A stretch of 64,000 nucleotides of DNA from Candidatus Moraniibacteriota bacterium (GCA_028711705.1 JAQTRS010000003.1:109966-173965), one strand, 5' to 3'; shown: positions 52,032-62,264, numbered from the stretch's first letter. Notes: generated by a model not told the origin, from the letters alone. Translations and numbers: made by a program.

Positions 52032-54548
52032 ATGCAGTGGAAGGATGCGACCGATAAATCAGCCGATGCGATAGCGAAAGAGATGCAGACATCCCTGGAT
52101 GGTTTGACGGTGGATGAAGTGATGCGCCGTCGCGAGGAATACGGAGCGAATCAGATCGAAGAACACAGCGTCAGATGGTGGCATACGTTGCTGCGCCAGT
52201 TCCAGTCATCATTCATCTACCTGCTCTTGGTGGCGGCGGGACTTTCTTTTCTGCTCGGTGAGCGCACGGAGGCCGAGATGATGCTTCTGTTTTTGCTTAT
52301 CAACACGCTTTTCGGATTTTTTCAGGAGCATCATTCGATCAAAACCTTGGATCTTCTGAAAAAGTATCTGGTGAGCCGGTCGCGGGTTATGCGCGGTAAC
52401 GAGGAAGTATCGATAGAGAGCCGAGATATCGTCCCCGGGGATGTGCTTATGCTTGCTGCGGGCGATAAGATCGCTGCGGACGTATATTTTATCGAGAGTC
52501 ATGATGTGATGGTGGATGAGGAAATCCTGACAGGTGAGTCGGTCGCGGTTGAAAAAATAGGCGGGGCATTGAAGGAACGGACGGAACAGATGTATCAGGC
52601 GAAGAATATCGGATTTGCCGGGACGGTGCTGATGCGCGGACGAGGTGTCGGCGTGGTGATAGCTACCGGAGGCGATACGGCTATGGGTGAAGTGGCGCAT
52701 CTTACGGAAACCACCAATCGCGAGAGCACTTTCGAGAAGGGGATACTCCGCTTCAGCCGCTTTATCATGCGTCTGGTCATCGTGACGCTGACGCTGATCT
52801 TCCTGGTCAACTTGCTGATCAAGGGCGAAGGTGCCAATCCGATGGAGCTTCTGATATTCTCTCTGGTGTTGGTCATTTCGGTGATACCGGAAGCGCTTCC
52901 TTTCGTGATTACCGTTTCGCTTTCGCGGGGGTCGCTGCGTTTGGCGAAGAAAAAAGTCGTGGTGAAAAGATTGTCCGCTATCGAAGATTTGGGGAGCGTG
53001 GAAGTGCTGTGCTCGGATAAGACGGGAACGCTCACGGAAAACAAGTTGACGATGGAAAAGGTGTATGCGGATAGCAAGAAACAATGCCTGTATGCGGCGG
53101 TTTTGGCATCGGATTATGCTGGTTTGGAAAAGGGTGAGGACGTCGATCCTTTCGACGAAGCGCTCTGGAATGCGATAGATGCAAAGGAGCGCGAAGCGCT
53201 TCTGGCATGCACGAAAATCAGCGAAGCCCCTTTCGATCCGGTACGGCGACGCAATAGCGCGGTGATATGGGATCAGGAGGAACGATGGCTGATCGTGCGC
53301 GGCGCCCCGGAGGCCATTATCGAGATTTCCACCCACCTCTCTTTTGAACAGAAGGCGAAGTACCTTAGGTGGATGGCGATGCAGGGCGAGGACGGACGGC
53401 GGGTATTGGCGGTGTCTCATAAGCCCCTTCCTGGCAAAGCGCAATTCTCCTTGGAACGGGACGAGAGCGATCTTGAATTTTTGGGATTGATTTCCTTTGT
53501 CGATCCCATTAAGGAGACGGCGCAGGAAGCGATCAATGAAGCGCGGCGTTTAGGGATAGAAGTGAAGATCATCACCGGGGACAGTAAGGAGGTGTCGGGA
53601 TCGGTCGCGACGCGTATCGGGCTGATCGCCTCCCCTCACGAGGTCATCCTCGGTGAGGAGCTGGAGGCTCTAGCGCATACGAAAAAATTGGAAATGGTGA
53701 GGAAATATTCGGTGTTCGCTCGCGTTTCACCGCAGCAGAAGTATATGATTATCGAGCTGCTGCAAGAGACGAAGGAAGTGGGGTTTTTGGGTGAGGGCAT
53801 CAATGATGCGCCGGCACTCAAGCTCGCGAACGTGGCGCTCGTCGTGCAGAGCGCGTCGGATATCGCGCGTTCCGCGGCGGACGTCGTGCTGCTCGATACG
53901 AGTTTAAAAGTCATCATCGATGGTATCCGGGAGGGGCGGAGTATTTTTGCCAATATCATCAAGTACATCAAGACGACGCTCACGTCCAATTTCGGCAATT
54001 TCTATTCCGTCGCCATCGCTTCCTTGCTGATACCGTTCGTGCCGATGCTTCCTCTGCAGATCCTTTTGATCGATATTCTCTCGGATTTCCCGATGATCGC
54101 TTTGGCGACGGACGCGGTGGATACGGAGGAACTGCAGAAACCGAAAGGGTATAATGTGAGGGATGTGGTGCTCTCGGCGACGATCCTGGGTGTCGTGAGT
54201 AGTATGTTCGATTTCATTCTCTTCGCAACCTTTTATCAGAAAGGTGAGGGTGTGCTTCAGACGAATTGGTTTATGCTGAGCCTGTTTACGGAACTCGTAC
54301 TGATTTTCTCCCTCCGCAGTAGACGTCCTTTCTGGAAAGCGAAGCGTCCTTCGACGATATTGGTGATGCTCTCCCTTGCAATGCTCACCATAGGCGTCAC
54401 GGTGCCGTTTACTCAGTTCGGACAACGGGTATTTCATTTCGCCCAACCGACGCATTCATCCGTAGTATGGATCCTGAGTCTGGTGGGAGTATATTTCTTT
54501 GCCACGGAGGTGGTGAAACGTTTGTACTGCCGCATAACGGAGGGGTGA
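52032..54548 (+). CDS. Cation-transporting P-type ATPase (MgtA-like)
   Basis: LTGES, IPEALP, CSDKTGTLT, PFDPVRRR, ITGD, FARVSPQQK, NDAPAL, SNFGN, PMLPLQILL, QTNWF. Confidence 0.88.
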   Translation: MQWKDATDKSADAIAKEMQTSLDGLTVDEVMRRREEYGANQIEEHSVRWWHTLLRQFQSSFIYLLLVAAGLSFLLGERTEAEMMLLFLLINTLFGFFQEHHSIKTLDLLKKYLVSRSRVMRGNEEVSIESRDIVPGDVLMLAAGDKIAADVYFIESHDVMVDEEILTGESVAVEKIGGALKERTEQMYQAKNIGFAGTVLMRGRGVGVVIATGGDTAMGEVAHLTETTNRESTFEKGILRFSRFIMRLVIVTLTLIFLVNLLIKGEGANPMELLIFSLVLVISVIPEALPFVITVSLSRGSLRLAKKKVVVKRLSAIEDLGSVEVLCSDKTGTLTENKLTMEKVYADSKKQCLYAAVLASDYAGLEKGEDVDPFDEALWNAIDAKEREALLACTKISEAPFDPVRRRNSAVIWDQEERWLIVRGAPEAIIEISTHLSFEQKAKYLRWMAMQGEDGRRVLAVSHKPLPGKAQFSLERDESDLEFLGLISFVDPIKETAQEAINEARRLGIEVKIITGDSKEVSGSVATRIGLIASPHEVILGEELEALAHTKKLEMVRKYSVFARVSPQQKYMIIELLQETKEVGFLGEGINDAPALKLANVALVVQSASDIARSAADVVLLDTSLKVIIDGIREGRSIFANIIKYIKTTLTSNFGNFYSVAIASLLIPFVPMLPLQILLIDILSDFPMIALATDAVDTEELQKPKGYNVRDVVLSATILGVVSSMFDFILFATFYQKGEGVLQTNWFMLSLFTELVLIFSLRSRRPFWKAKRPSTILVMLSLAMLTIGVTVPFTQFGQRVFHFAQPTHSSVVWILSLVGVYFFATEVVKRLYCRITEG

Positions 54549-54560
54549 AGGTGAAAGCAT

Positions 54561-55157
54561 ATGAATCCATTTGTACAAAAACTATTCCATACCAGAGAAG
54601 GGAAGAAATTCCTCGCTTTCCTTGTGATCTTTATCGGTTTCTGGTATTCGGTTATCATGGGAGCGAGCCGTGTTTCGTGGCAGGATTTTGTTGACTATGT
54701 GCGAAATGTCACGAATGATTCTTTGCAAAAAACAGTTGATCAATCAAGTGATTTTGTATCGGTGAAGCGGGTGGTGGATGGGGATACCATCGAGCTTGAG
54801 GATGGCCGGAAGGTGCGCTATATTGGGGTCAATACGCCCGAGAGCGTCAAGGTGAATTCGCCGGCGGAGTGTTTCGGCAAAGAGGCAAGCGCGAAGAATA
54901 AGGAATTGGTCGAAGGGAAATCCGTGCGACTTGAAAAGGACGTATCCGAGGCGGACCGGTATGGGAGGTTGCTTCGTTTCGTGTATTTGGAGGATGGGAC
55001 CTTCGTGAATGATGAGCTGGTGCGCGCAGGCTATGCTCGCGTTTCAACCTTTCCTCCCGATGTGAAATTGGCTGAGCAATTCAAGCAAGCCGAACGCGAA
55101 GCGCGGGAAAATAAGCGCGGGATTTGGGCGGATGAGACCTGCGCCGGGAAGAGGTAG
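54561..55157 (+). CDS. Thermonuclease (SNase-like), membrane-anchored
   Basis: VKRVVDGDTI, VRYIGVNTPE, DRYGRLLRFVY, AREN.RGIW. Confidence 0.93.
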   Translation: MNPFVQKLFHTREGKKFLAFLVIFIGFWYSVIMGASRVSWQDFVDYVRNVTNDSLQKTVDQSSDFVSVKRVVDGDTIELEDGRKVRYIGVNTPESVKVNSPAECFGKEASAKNKELVEGKSVRLEKDVSEADRYGRLLRFVYLEDGTFVNDELVRAGYARVSTFPPDVKLAEQFKQAEREARENKRGIWADETCAGKR

Positions 55158-55170
55158 CAGAAAGTGATAC

Positions 55171-55244
55171 CAAAGAGGACGCATGTATTTTTTCCGACCA
55201 GAGTGAGTACACTAGTGGTCTTGAAAAAATGTCTGCGTCCTTTG
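55171..55244 (+). repeat. Long palindromic element, GAGTAC-loop family copy 2
   Basis: Outer arms AGGACGCA / TGCGTCCT; core TTTTTTCCGACC-AGA-GTGAGTACAC-TAGT-GGTCTTGAAAAAA. Confidence 0.75.
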
Positions 55245-55256
55245 TTTAACTTACGA

Positions 55257-57020
55257 TTATCTTTTCTCGAGAATAGTTTTGGCAGTGACTTCCTTTCCGA
55301 GTTTGTCGATGATTTCCTGAAGAGAGAGCGCGCCGATCTTTCCTTGGTCGCGGGATTCGAGGGTGACGGTTTGCGATTCCATTTCTTGGGCACCGATAAC
55401 CAGGGTGTAGGGGATTTTCTGGAGCTTGCTCTCGCGGATTTTCTTGCCGAGAGATTCATTGTCATCGCGCAGCGTGACGCGAAGACCAGCGTTCTGCAGT
55501 TTTTTGAAGACTTTCTTGGCGTAGTCGTGATGCGCTTCGCTAATGGGGATGATGACCATCTGCACCGGCGCGAGCCACAGCGGGAAATTGCCGGCGAAGT
55601 GCTCGATGATGATGCCCATGAAGCGCTCGAGCGATCCGGAGATGGCGCGATGAATGACGACCGGGCGCTCCTTCTCACCTTTTTCATTGATATAGGCAAG
55701 GTCGAAGCGGTTCGGGAGATTGAAGTCGCATTGGATGGTGGCAAGCTGCCACTCCCGACCGATGGCATCGCGGAACATGAAGTCGAGTTTCGGCCCGTAG
55801 AACGCAGCTTCACCTTCGACCCGCTTATAGGGGAGGTTATTTTCTTTAGCGGCGCTCTCGAGCGCTTTTTCAGCAGCTTCCCATACGGAATCATCACCTA
55901 AGAATTTATCTCTGTTTTCTCCGCGAACAGAAAGACTGACCCAATAATCGGACGTGAGATCGAATGTGGTATAGAAGTCCTTGATGATATCGACGATGAC
56001 CCCGACTTCCTGGCCGATCTGATCGATACGGCAGAAGAGGTGTCCGTCGTCTTGGGTGATGGCGCGTACGCGGGTGAGTCCTGCGAGCTGGCCGGATTTC
56101 TCATCACGGTATACGGTGGCCGGTTCGAAGTAGCGCACCGGCATGTCGCGGTAGGAGAATTGATTGTCGTCGAAGATTTGCATGTGATGCGGACAACTCA
56201 TCGGCTTGAGGATGAATTTGTCTTCCTTACCCTGCACCCGGAAGAGTTCATCACCGAATTTCTCGGCGTGTCCGGATGTCTGGTAGAGTGTTTCTTTGGC
56301 GATGTGAGGCGTCCAAACGCGCTGGTAGCCCTTGCCTGCATGCAGGTCCCAGAGGTAGTCCTCGATGGACTTGCGGATAATCATACCGTTGGGCTGCATG
56401 AGCGGAAGACCGGCGCCGATAAGGTCGGAGAGAGTGAAGAGTTTGAGTTCTTTGGCGAGTTTGCGGTGATCACGTTTCTTGGCTTCTTCTTGCTGCCAGA
56501 TGTATTTGTCGAGCGCTTCTTTGGATTCGAAGGCCAGACCTGCAATGCGTAGGAGCTGCTGGTTTTTCTCGTTGGCTTTCCAATAGGCGCCGGCGAGGCG
56601 GAAGAGTTTGAAAGAGTTGGCGGGGATTTCGCTGGTATTGCCCACATGCGGTCCTTCGCAGAGATCGATGAAGTCACCCGTGCGGTATATGGTGATAATC
56701 TCGCCTCGGGACGCGATCTCGTCGATCAGCTCGAGTTTGAAAGATTGATGCGCGAAGAGTTTTTTGGCTGCTTCGATCGAGATTTCTTCTCGAATGAAGT
56801 CGAGTTTTTGGTTGATGAACCCGCGCATCGTCTTTTCCAGGATTTTGAAATCCTTGTCGGAAACGGTGATGCCGTCGGAAAGGAGGATGTCGTAATAGAA
56901 ACCGTTATCCGTGACAGGGCCGGTGCCAAATTGCGCTTTCGGATCGATTTTAAGAATGGCCATCGCAAGAAGATGGGCGAGAGAGTGGCGGTTATTGAAA
57001 AGCTGATCGGAGCTTGGCAT
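55257..57020 (-). CDS. thrS: Threonine--tRNA ligase (lacks N-terminal TGS domain)
   Basis: RHSLAHLLA, DLCEGPHV, RDHRKL, LTRVR..TQDDGH, GEAAFYGPKLD, IHRAISGSLERF. Confidence 0.97.
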   Translation of the reverse strand: MPSSDQLFNNRHSLAHLLAMAILKIDPKAQFGTGPVTDNGFYYDILLSDGITVSDKDFKILEKTMRGFINQKLDFIREEISIEAAKKLFAHQSFKLELIDEIASRGEIITIYRTGDFIDLCEGPHVGNTSEIPANSFKLFRLAGAYWKANEKNQQLLRIAGLAFESKEALDKYIWQQEEAKKRDHRKLAKELKLFTLSDLIGAGLPLMQPNGMIIRKSIEDYLWDLHAGKGYQRVWTPHIAKETLYQTSGHAEKFGDELFRVQGKEDKFILKPMSCPHHMQIFDDNQFSYRDMPVRYFEPATVYRDEKSGQLAGLTRVRAITQDDGHLFCRIDQIGQEVGVIVDIIKDFYTTFDLTSDYWVSLSVRGENRDKFLGDDSVWEAAEKALESAAKENNLPYKRVEGEAAFYGPKLDFMFRDAIGREWQLATIQCDFNLPNRFDLAYINEKGEKERPVVIHRAISGSLERFMGIIIEHFAGNFPLWLAPVQMVIIPISEAHHDYAKKVFKKLQNAGLRVTLRDDNESLGKKIRESKLQKIPYTLVIGAQEMESQTVTLESRDQGKIGALSLQEIIDKLGKEVTAKTILEKR

Positions 57021-57133
57021 AGGGTTTGGATTAGATTAAGAGATGGGTTCAAGACGGGGTTGTTTATACCATTAGCATAGCAATGAAGCCTCTTTTAGGC
57101 AAGGAGAGGCTTTTGGATATGACAAGGAGGTTA

Positions 57134-57162
57134 TTGACGTGAGGTTTTTTGTCTGGTATACA
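57134..57162 (+). promoter_or_regulatory. Promoter of the pyrF-like gene
   Basis: TTGACG-17 bp-TATACA with TG extension. Confidence 0.6.
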
Positions 57163-57223
57163 AGGAAGGTCCTCAGTGAAGGGCATCGTAGAAACAGTGT
57201 ATTAACAATCAGTGGGGTGCGGT

Positions 57224-57976
57224 ATGAACAATAAAGATGTAAGGCGCGTCATCTGGGCGCTTGATGGTATGGGCGTCACCGCGGCGCAAGATGTGCTCGA
57301 TAAGGTTTTCGTTGAAAATAGCGATGTCAACCAAATGATCGCTATGATCAAGTTGAATGATATGGCGCTTTTGGGTGAGGATGCCATCATATCGATCATG
57401 AATCATGTTCCATCGGATACAGGGCTTTTTATTGATGGAAAGTGGGCGGATGTTTCGGGAACGATGAGGAATATCGCCAAGCGGTATGCTGGCCTTAGTC
57501 CTTCTATCGTTACGGTTCGAGAGAGTATCCATTGGAAATCTCTTTTAGCCATACGCGATGTATTGCCTCAAGCCACTATCGCGCTTGTTTCCGCATTGAC
57601 CGATATATCCGAAGCGGATTTTTTGCGGGATTATGGCATGGTGCCGCGCGAATACATTGCCAGGCATCTGGAGAAGTTCCAGCGATATCTCGGTGATGAT
57701 AACTCTCTCGGAGCAAGCGTATGCAGTCCGCTTGAGGCGAGTTGGCTTAGCGAGAGATTTCCTCATATCAAGCTGATTACCCCAAGTATCCGTAGTCTAT
57801 GGATGAAGGAGGATCATCAGCAGCGGACTCTTCCAGCTGATGAGGCTATAAAAGCGGGTGCTAAATTCTTGGTGATGGGGTCGCAACTTACCAAGGGAAA
57901 TCCTGAGGAAGGAATTTCCGCCGTGAAAAGTCGTCAGATGACGTTTGATGAAATCGTTTCTGCCGTAAGCGTGTAA
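57224..57976 (+). CDS. pyrF: Orotidine 5'-phosphate decarboxylase-like protein (divergent)
   Basis: IWALD, IKL, catalytic DxKxxD as FIDGKWADVSGT, VSALT, VCS, ITPSIR, DHQQRT, AGAKFLVMG. Confidence 0.75.
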   Translation: MNNKDVRRVIWALDGMGVTAAQDVLDKVFVENSDVNQMIAMIKLNDMALLGEDAIISIMNHVPSDTGLFIDGKWADVSGTMRNIAKRYAGLSPSIVTVRESIHWKSLLAIRDVLPQATIALVSALTDISEADFLRDYGMVPREYIARHLEKFQRYLGDDNSLGASVCSPLEASWLSERFPHIKLITPSIRSLWMKEDHQQRTLPADEAIKAGAKFLVMGSQLTKGNPEEGISAVKSRQMTFDEIVSAVSV

Positions 57977-58056
57977 TCGCAACTAGGGGGAGTGGGTAAT
58001 TGAAGTAGTCGCTTTTGGTTTATCCTTAAGCGACCCTTTTTATTTCTACGGACTAG

Positions 58057-58081
58057 GGATTCCCGCCTCCGCGGAAATGTC
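58057..58081. repeat. Degenerate REP/dRS3-like palindrome
   Basis: GGATTCCCGCCTCCGCGGAAATGTC resembles the widespread GGATTCCCGCCTNCGCGGGAATGAC repeat. Confidence 0.5.
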
Positions 58082-58117
58082 AAACACCATTTTATATTTT
58101 CACAAACCACCAAAGTA

Positions 58118-58176
58118 AGCATATGTATTTTTCAGACCTTCTCGAGTACTCCAACGGTCTGAAAAATACATATGCT
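58118..58176 (+). repeat. Perfect 21-bp inverted repeat, GAGTAC-loop family copy 3
   Basis: AGCATATGTATTTTTCAGACC-TTCTCGAGTACTCCAAC-GGTCTGAAAAATACATATGCT. Confidence 0.8.
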
Positions 58177-58198
58177 GACGATGATCATGATAGACAAT

Positions 58199-58234
58199 TA
58201 AAAAAACCGCATCAGATTGCGATACGGTTTTTTT
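58199..58234 (-). terminator. Terminator for the DUF4012 gene
   Basis: AAAAAAACCG-CATC...GATA-CGGTTTTTT. Confidence 0.65.
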
Positions 58235-58250
58235 AGATACTCTTGTAATG

Positions 58251-59666
58251 TTATTTCTTCTCCTCCACTTCCGTAAAATTGAATTTCAGATCCTTGGCAA
58301 GGGTGGCTTCCTGAGTGAATTCGCCCTTGTCGGTCTTGATATGGACAGTGACAGGGATATTGCCGATGCCGGATTGCTTTTGGATGAGAAGTTGGTATCC
58401 GTCGGCCTTGATGGTGTCGGGAAGCTCGTATTTGATGCCGGTGGCAAGGGCTTGGTTCATGACGGCATCCACTTTGTATCCGAAGATAGTCTTGTTGAAA
58501 TCCGTGCTGTCTTGGCTGAGGACACCGCCCGTTTTGACGCGGCTGTTCTCGATATACTTCGAGCCAAGCGGTGCGAGGATGCGGGTATAGGTGTGGTAGT
58601 CGCTGGTGCGCCAGTCGCCGTGGGTGGCGGTGTGGTCGTAGGTGTAGCTCACGGTCGCGACAGGTTTCGGTCCGGCAGTGAAGTCGACCGAGTAGTCAAG
58701 CGAGCGTTTCACCCAGTAGTCCGATTTGAGCGCGCCTAAGTTGGCGTCGACCACCATCACGTAGTCGCTCTCCCAGTCATCGGAAACGGTGCCGTCCCAA
58801 TGGACGCCGCTCACGATAGACTGCAGCGAGGGATCTTTGAACCAGATCATGATATTCTTGTCACGAAGTTCGGTCTGGGCGAAGGTGGCGAGTTTAGGGA
58901 TATTGTTGAGGGTACTGATGCGGCTGATGATTTCCGCGGCGATTTTTTTCATGATGGCTTTGCGATTCTGCTTGAGTTCGGCCGGGACGTCTTCACCCAA
59001 GAAAGGTTTTTCGACATTTTCTTCCAGTTTCATCGAAGCGTCGGCGGAAGCATAGGTGCCGTAGCCAGGCATCTCTATCGGCCCGGTGATGTCGAGGATG
59101 TGATCGAAGACATTGGCATTGACCGCGATGACGCCGTCGAACTGTTCACGGCCTCCGGCGAGACGGTAGAAATACTGCGCCTTGTCGACATTGGTCGGGA
59201 AGTCCGGTGAGAAGTTGGAGTCACGGAATTTCCATTTCTTGAGCTGGATCTGTTTGAACGGATAAGGCGGGGTGATGGTGGCGGTGATGCGCTGGTCGAG
59301 GAGGTTGGCGTCTTCGACGAAGCTTGAGATGATCTCTCCGTTCTTGACCTTGAGGATGGCGTATTGTCCCAAAAAACCACCGCCAGGGCGGAGTTCATAG
59401 TTGTTTTGGAGCATGACCATGAAGGTTCTGGTGATATCGTCTTTCTGGGAGAGTTTGCTTGCTAAGGTATTGACCGCTTCGATCTCCGCTTTGGTATCGG
59501 CTTCGATCGGCAGGAGCTTGGAGACCTTTTCGAAGAGCGAGAGCGAGTTGAGCGCAAGAATCTGCTTATGCGTCCTGCCGAATGAGACGAGGAAGAATCC
59601 TCCGATGGCGAGGGCGACGATACTTGCTGCGATGACGATATTTTTGCGAGTAAGATACTGTTGCAT
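58251..59666 (-). CDS. DUF4012 domain protein
   Basis: LQNNYELRPGGGFLG, FRDSNFSPDFP, DGVIAVN, DANLGALKSD, LLIQKQSG. Confidence 0.9.
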   Translation of the reverse strand: MQQYLTRKNIVIAASIVALAIGGFFLVSFGRTHKQILALNSLSLFEKVSKLLPIEADTKAEIEAVNTLASKLSQKDDITRTFMVMLQNNYELRPGGGFLGQYAILKVKNGEIISSFVEDANLLDQRITATITPPYPFKQIQLKKWKFRDSNFSPDFPTNVDKAQYFYRLAGGREQFDGVIAVNANVFDHILDITGPIEMPGYGTYASADASMKLEENVEKPFLGEDVPAELKQNRKAIMKKIAAEIISRISTLNNIPKLATFAQTELRDKNIMIWFKDPSLQSIVSGVHWDGTVSDDWESDYVMVVDANLGALKSDYWVKRSLDYSVDFTAGPKPVATVSYTYDHTATHGDWRTSDYHTYTRILAPLGSKYIENSRVKTGGVLSQDSTDFNKTIFGYKVDAVMNQALATGIKYELPDTIKADGYQLLIQKQSGIGNIPVTVHIKTDKGEFTQEATLAKDLKFNFTEVEEKK

Positions 59667-59809
59667 GGGATTATACGATGAGAATTAAGTCTTTCTGTAT
59701 TGTAGCAGATGCGGTATATATTGAGAAGAAAAATGGGATGCATGTCGCACAGATATGTGGTATACTGCAGTTATGGATGTGTCGATCAAAGACTAACAAC
59801 ATATTTTCT

Positions 59810-60322
59810 ATGAAAGAGGTTTTAAGTACCATTTTCTTTTTAGCGATAGCTGGCAGTGCGCTGTGGGGATGGAATCGTTGGCAACAGACTGCTCGCGATG
59901 CGCGCAATACCCAGCCGTCCATCAATGCTTTGGCAATGGAGTCTTCGGTGTCGACCCCGGAATCGAAGGAGGCGCCTGAAGAGCCTGCCCCGGCGACCGA
60001 AGAGAAAAAACCAGAGGTAGCGAGCAGCGGAACTCCGAAAGAAACGCTCAACGTGAAGGTACTCAATGGCGGCGCGGCGAAGGGAAATGCCGGAAAAGTA
60101 CAGGACTTTTTGAAAAAAAACGGCTATAATAAGGTACAAATTGGCAATACGATCGGGGATTACACCGGCGTTGTCGTCTATTACTTGGATTCTAACGAAG
60201 CGTCTGCTACGGCCATACAGAAACTTCTTGTGAGTGACTTTCCAGAGGCGGAGGTTAGGGCTGCGTCCGCATCGGACAAGGAAGGGGGTAGCGCTCCGGT
60301 GGTGGTCATACTCGGCAAATAG
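59810..60322 (+). CDS. LytR C-terminal domain protein with N-terminal TM
   Basis: VKVLNGGAAKGNAGKV...L...GY....IGN......VVVYY...VVVILGK. Confidence 0.82.
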   Translation: MKEVLSTIFFLAIAGSALWGWNRWQQTARDARNTQPSINALAMESSVSTPESKEAPEEPAPATEEKKPEVASSGTPKETLNVKVLNGGAAKGNAGKVQDFLKKNGYNKVQIGNTIGDYTGVVVYYLDSNEASATAIQKLLVSDFPEAEVRAASASDKEGGSAPVVVILGK

Positions 60323-60449
60323 CCACAGCCTCGTTTCAAGCCATAGCGCATCGGTATGGTTTGAAGAATACGCCCAGAACTTTGACATTTCCGTATTTTT
60401 GCTTACAATGAAGTATTGCTTTCGTGTCATTTCTTAGGCTTTTTTGCTC

Positions 60450-62264
60450 ATGAACTCTCCTATCGAAGAAATCAAATCCAAGCTCAGTCTCGTCGATCTT
60501 GTCGGGGCGTATGTCCGTTTGCAGAAAATGGGGTCGCGTTTCAAGGCACCCTGCCCCTTCCACAATGAGAAGACACCGTCGTTCATGGTGGATGAAGAAC
60601 GGCAGATTTGGCACTGCTTCGGCTGCAACAAGGGTGGCGATGCCTTTGCTTTCCTGATGGAGATCGAGGGTATAGATTTTCGCGAAGCCCTGAAGGTTTT
60701 GGCGGATAGGACGGGTGTTGAATTGCCCAAGTATTCTCGGACGCAGGATAGCGGGGTGAAAAATCGCTCGTTCGAGATTCTGGAATTGGCGACGAAGTTT
60801 TATGAGAAGCAGCTTTGGGACGGCGCCGGGAAAAAAGCCTCGCTTCCGTATTTGCGTGACCGGGGACTGAGCGATGAATATATCGGAAACTTTCGCCTGG
60901 GGTTCGCACCGGACGGATGGAGGAATGTTTTGGATTTTTTGGTGGGACGTGGGTATGCGGCGGAGGAGATAGAGAAGACGGGACTTACGATCCGCAAGGA
61001 AGAGGGCAATACGTATTATGATCGTTTCCGTTCCCGCATTATGTTCCCGATCATGGATATTTTGGGGCGCGTCATCGGCTATTCGGCACGCATCGCGCCT
61101 GGCGGGGATGAATCGCAGGCCAAATATATCAATACGCCGGAAACAGGACTCTATCATAAGAGTCACGTGCTCTATGGTATACAGCGCGCCAAGCAGCCGA
61201 TGAAACAAAGCGATTTTGCTCTCATGGTCGAGGGCAATATGGATGTGATCGCGGCGCATCAGGCCGGTATCGGCAATACCGTGGCCGTTTCGGGAACGGC
61301 GCTGACCGGAGAACAACTGAGCATGATCAAACGCTACACGGAGAATCTGAAACTGTTTTTCGATATGGATGGTGCGGGTCAGATCGCTGCCCGTCGCAGC
61401 ACGGAAATCGCTTTGGAGAAAGGGTTTACGGTTTCCATAGTCTCTATCTTGCAAGGCAAGGATGCGGCGGATATCGCCAAGGAGGATCCGGAACTTCTGC
61501 GAACGGCCGTGACCGCATCCGTCCCGGCACCCCAGTATTTCCTGGAGAAAGCGCTGGTAGCTCACGATAAACACTTGCCTGAGGGGAAGCGCAAGATCGC
61601 GCACGAATACCTCAATCTCATCCGTTTCGTCTCGCATGACATCGATCGTGCGTTTTGGATACGCAAGTTGTCCGAGGCTCTGGATGTGGAAGAAATCACG
61701 CTTCTTAGCGTATTAAACAAAGTGGTGGGGGAGCAGAGCTCCTCATCGCCACAATCCGGAGTTTTTTCTGAAAAAAATACGTCTGAAACACGGTCGGCGC
61801 AATCGTTCGAGAAACGATCGGATTTTTTGCGCCGACAGGTTTGCGGCGTGATGATGCTGGAAGCTTCCGTCTGGGAACGATTGGCGACCGATACGCCCGA
61901 GGCACTGACTTCTTTTTTGACGCAAGATCCCCTGTTTCAGATATTGTGTGAAAAAGGAAAACAGGTGAACTTCATATTCGATGCCCTTTTGACGATGCTT
62001 TCGGAGAGTCATTTGCAACAAGAGATTACCCGATTGTACTTTGAGGGAGGGAAGATATTGGAGGGGACGCGGTTTGCGGACGACGAGGAGAAGAAGGTAT
62101 ATATCGGCCGCATTGCTGATCAGTATCTTTCGGAATTGGCCAAGGAATTGCGCAAAGAGGAGATGATCCGATTGGAACGTGCGATGAAAGAGGCTCAGGA
62201 GAGAGGAGATAAGATTGAGTCGCAACGCCTGCGAGCACAGTTCAGTGCGCTTTTGACGAGTTAG
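60450..62264 (+). CDS. dnaG: DNA primase
   Basis: [11 protein letters not shown]...WHCFGC zinc finger, [19 protein letters not shown], Toprim VEGNMDV and FDMDGAG. Confidence 0.98.
   Translation: MNSPIEEIKSKLSLVDLVGAYVRLQKMGSRFKAPCPFHNEKTPSFMVDEERQIWHCFGCNKGGDAFAFLMEIEGIDFREALKVLADRTGVELPKYSRTQDSGVKNRSFEILELATKFYEKQLWDGAGKKASLPYLRDRGLSDEYIGNFRLGFAPDGWRNVLDFLVGRGYAAEEIEKTGLTIRKEEGNTYYDRFRSRIMFPIMDILGRVIGYSARIAPGGDESQAKYINTPETGLYHKSHVLYGIQRAKQPMKQSDFALMVEGNMDVIAAHQAGIGNTVAVSGTALTGEQLSMIKRYTENLKLFFDMDGAGQIAARRSTEIALEKGFTVSIVSILQGKDAADIAKEDPELLRTAVTASVPAPQYFLEKALVAHDKHLPEGKRKIAHEYLNLIRFVSHDIDRAFWIRKLSEALDVEEITLLSVLNKVVGEQSSSSPQSGVFSEKNTSETRSAQSFEKRSDFLRRQVCGVMMLEASVWERLATDTPEALTSFLTQDPLFQILCEKGKQVNFIFDALLTMLSESHLQQEITRLYFEGGKILEGTRFADDEEKKVYIGRIADQYLSELAKELRKEEMIRLERAMKEAQERGDKIESQRLRAQFSALLTS

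Noticed and set aside
55257-57020. Short ThrS as a pseudogene
   Set aside because: Editing, catalytic and anticodon-binding motifs are intact; loss of the N-terminal TGS domain is a known natural variant.
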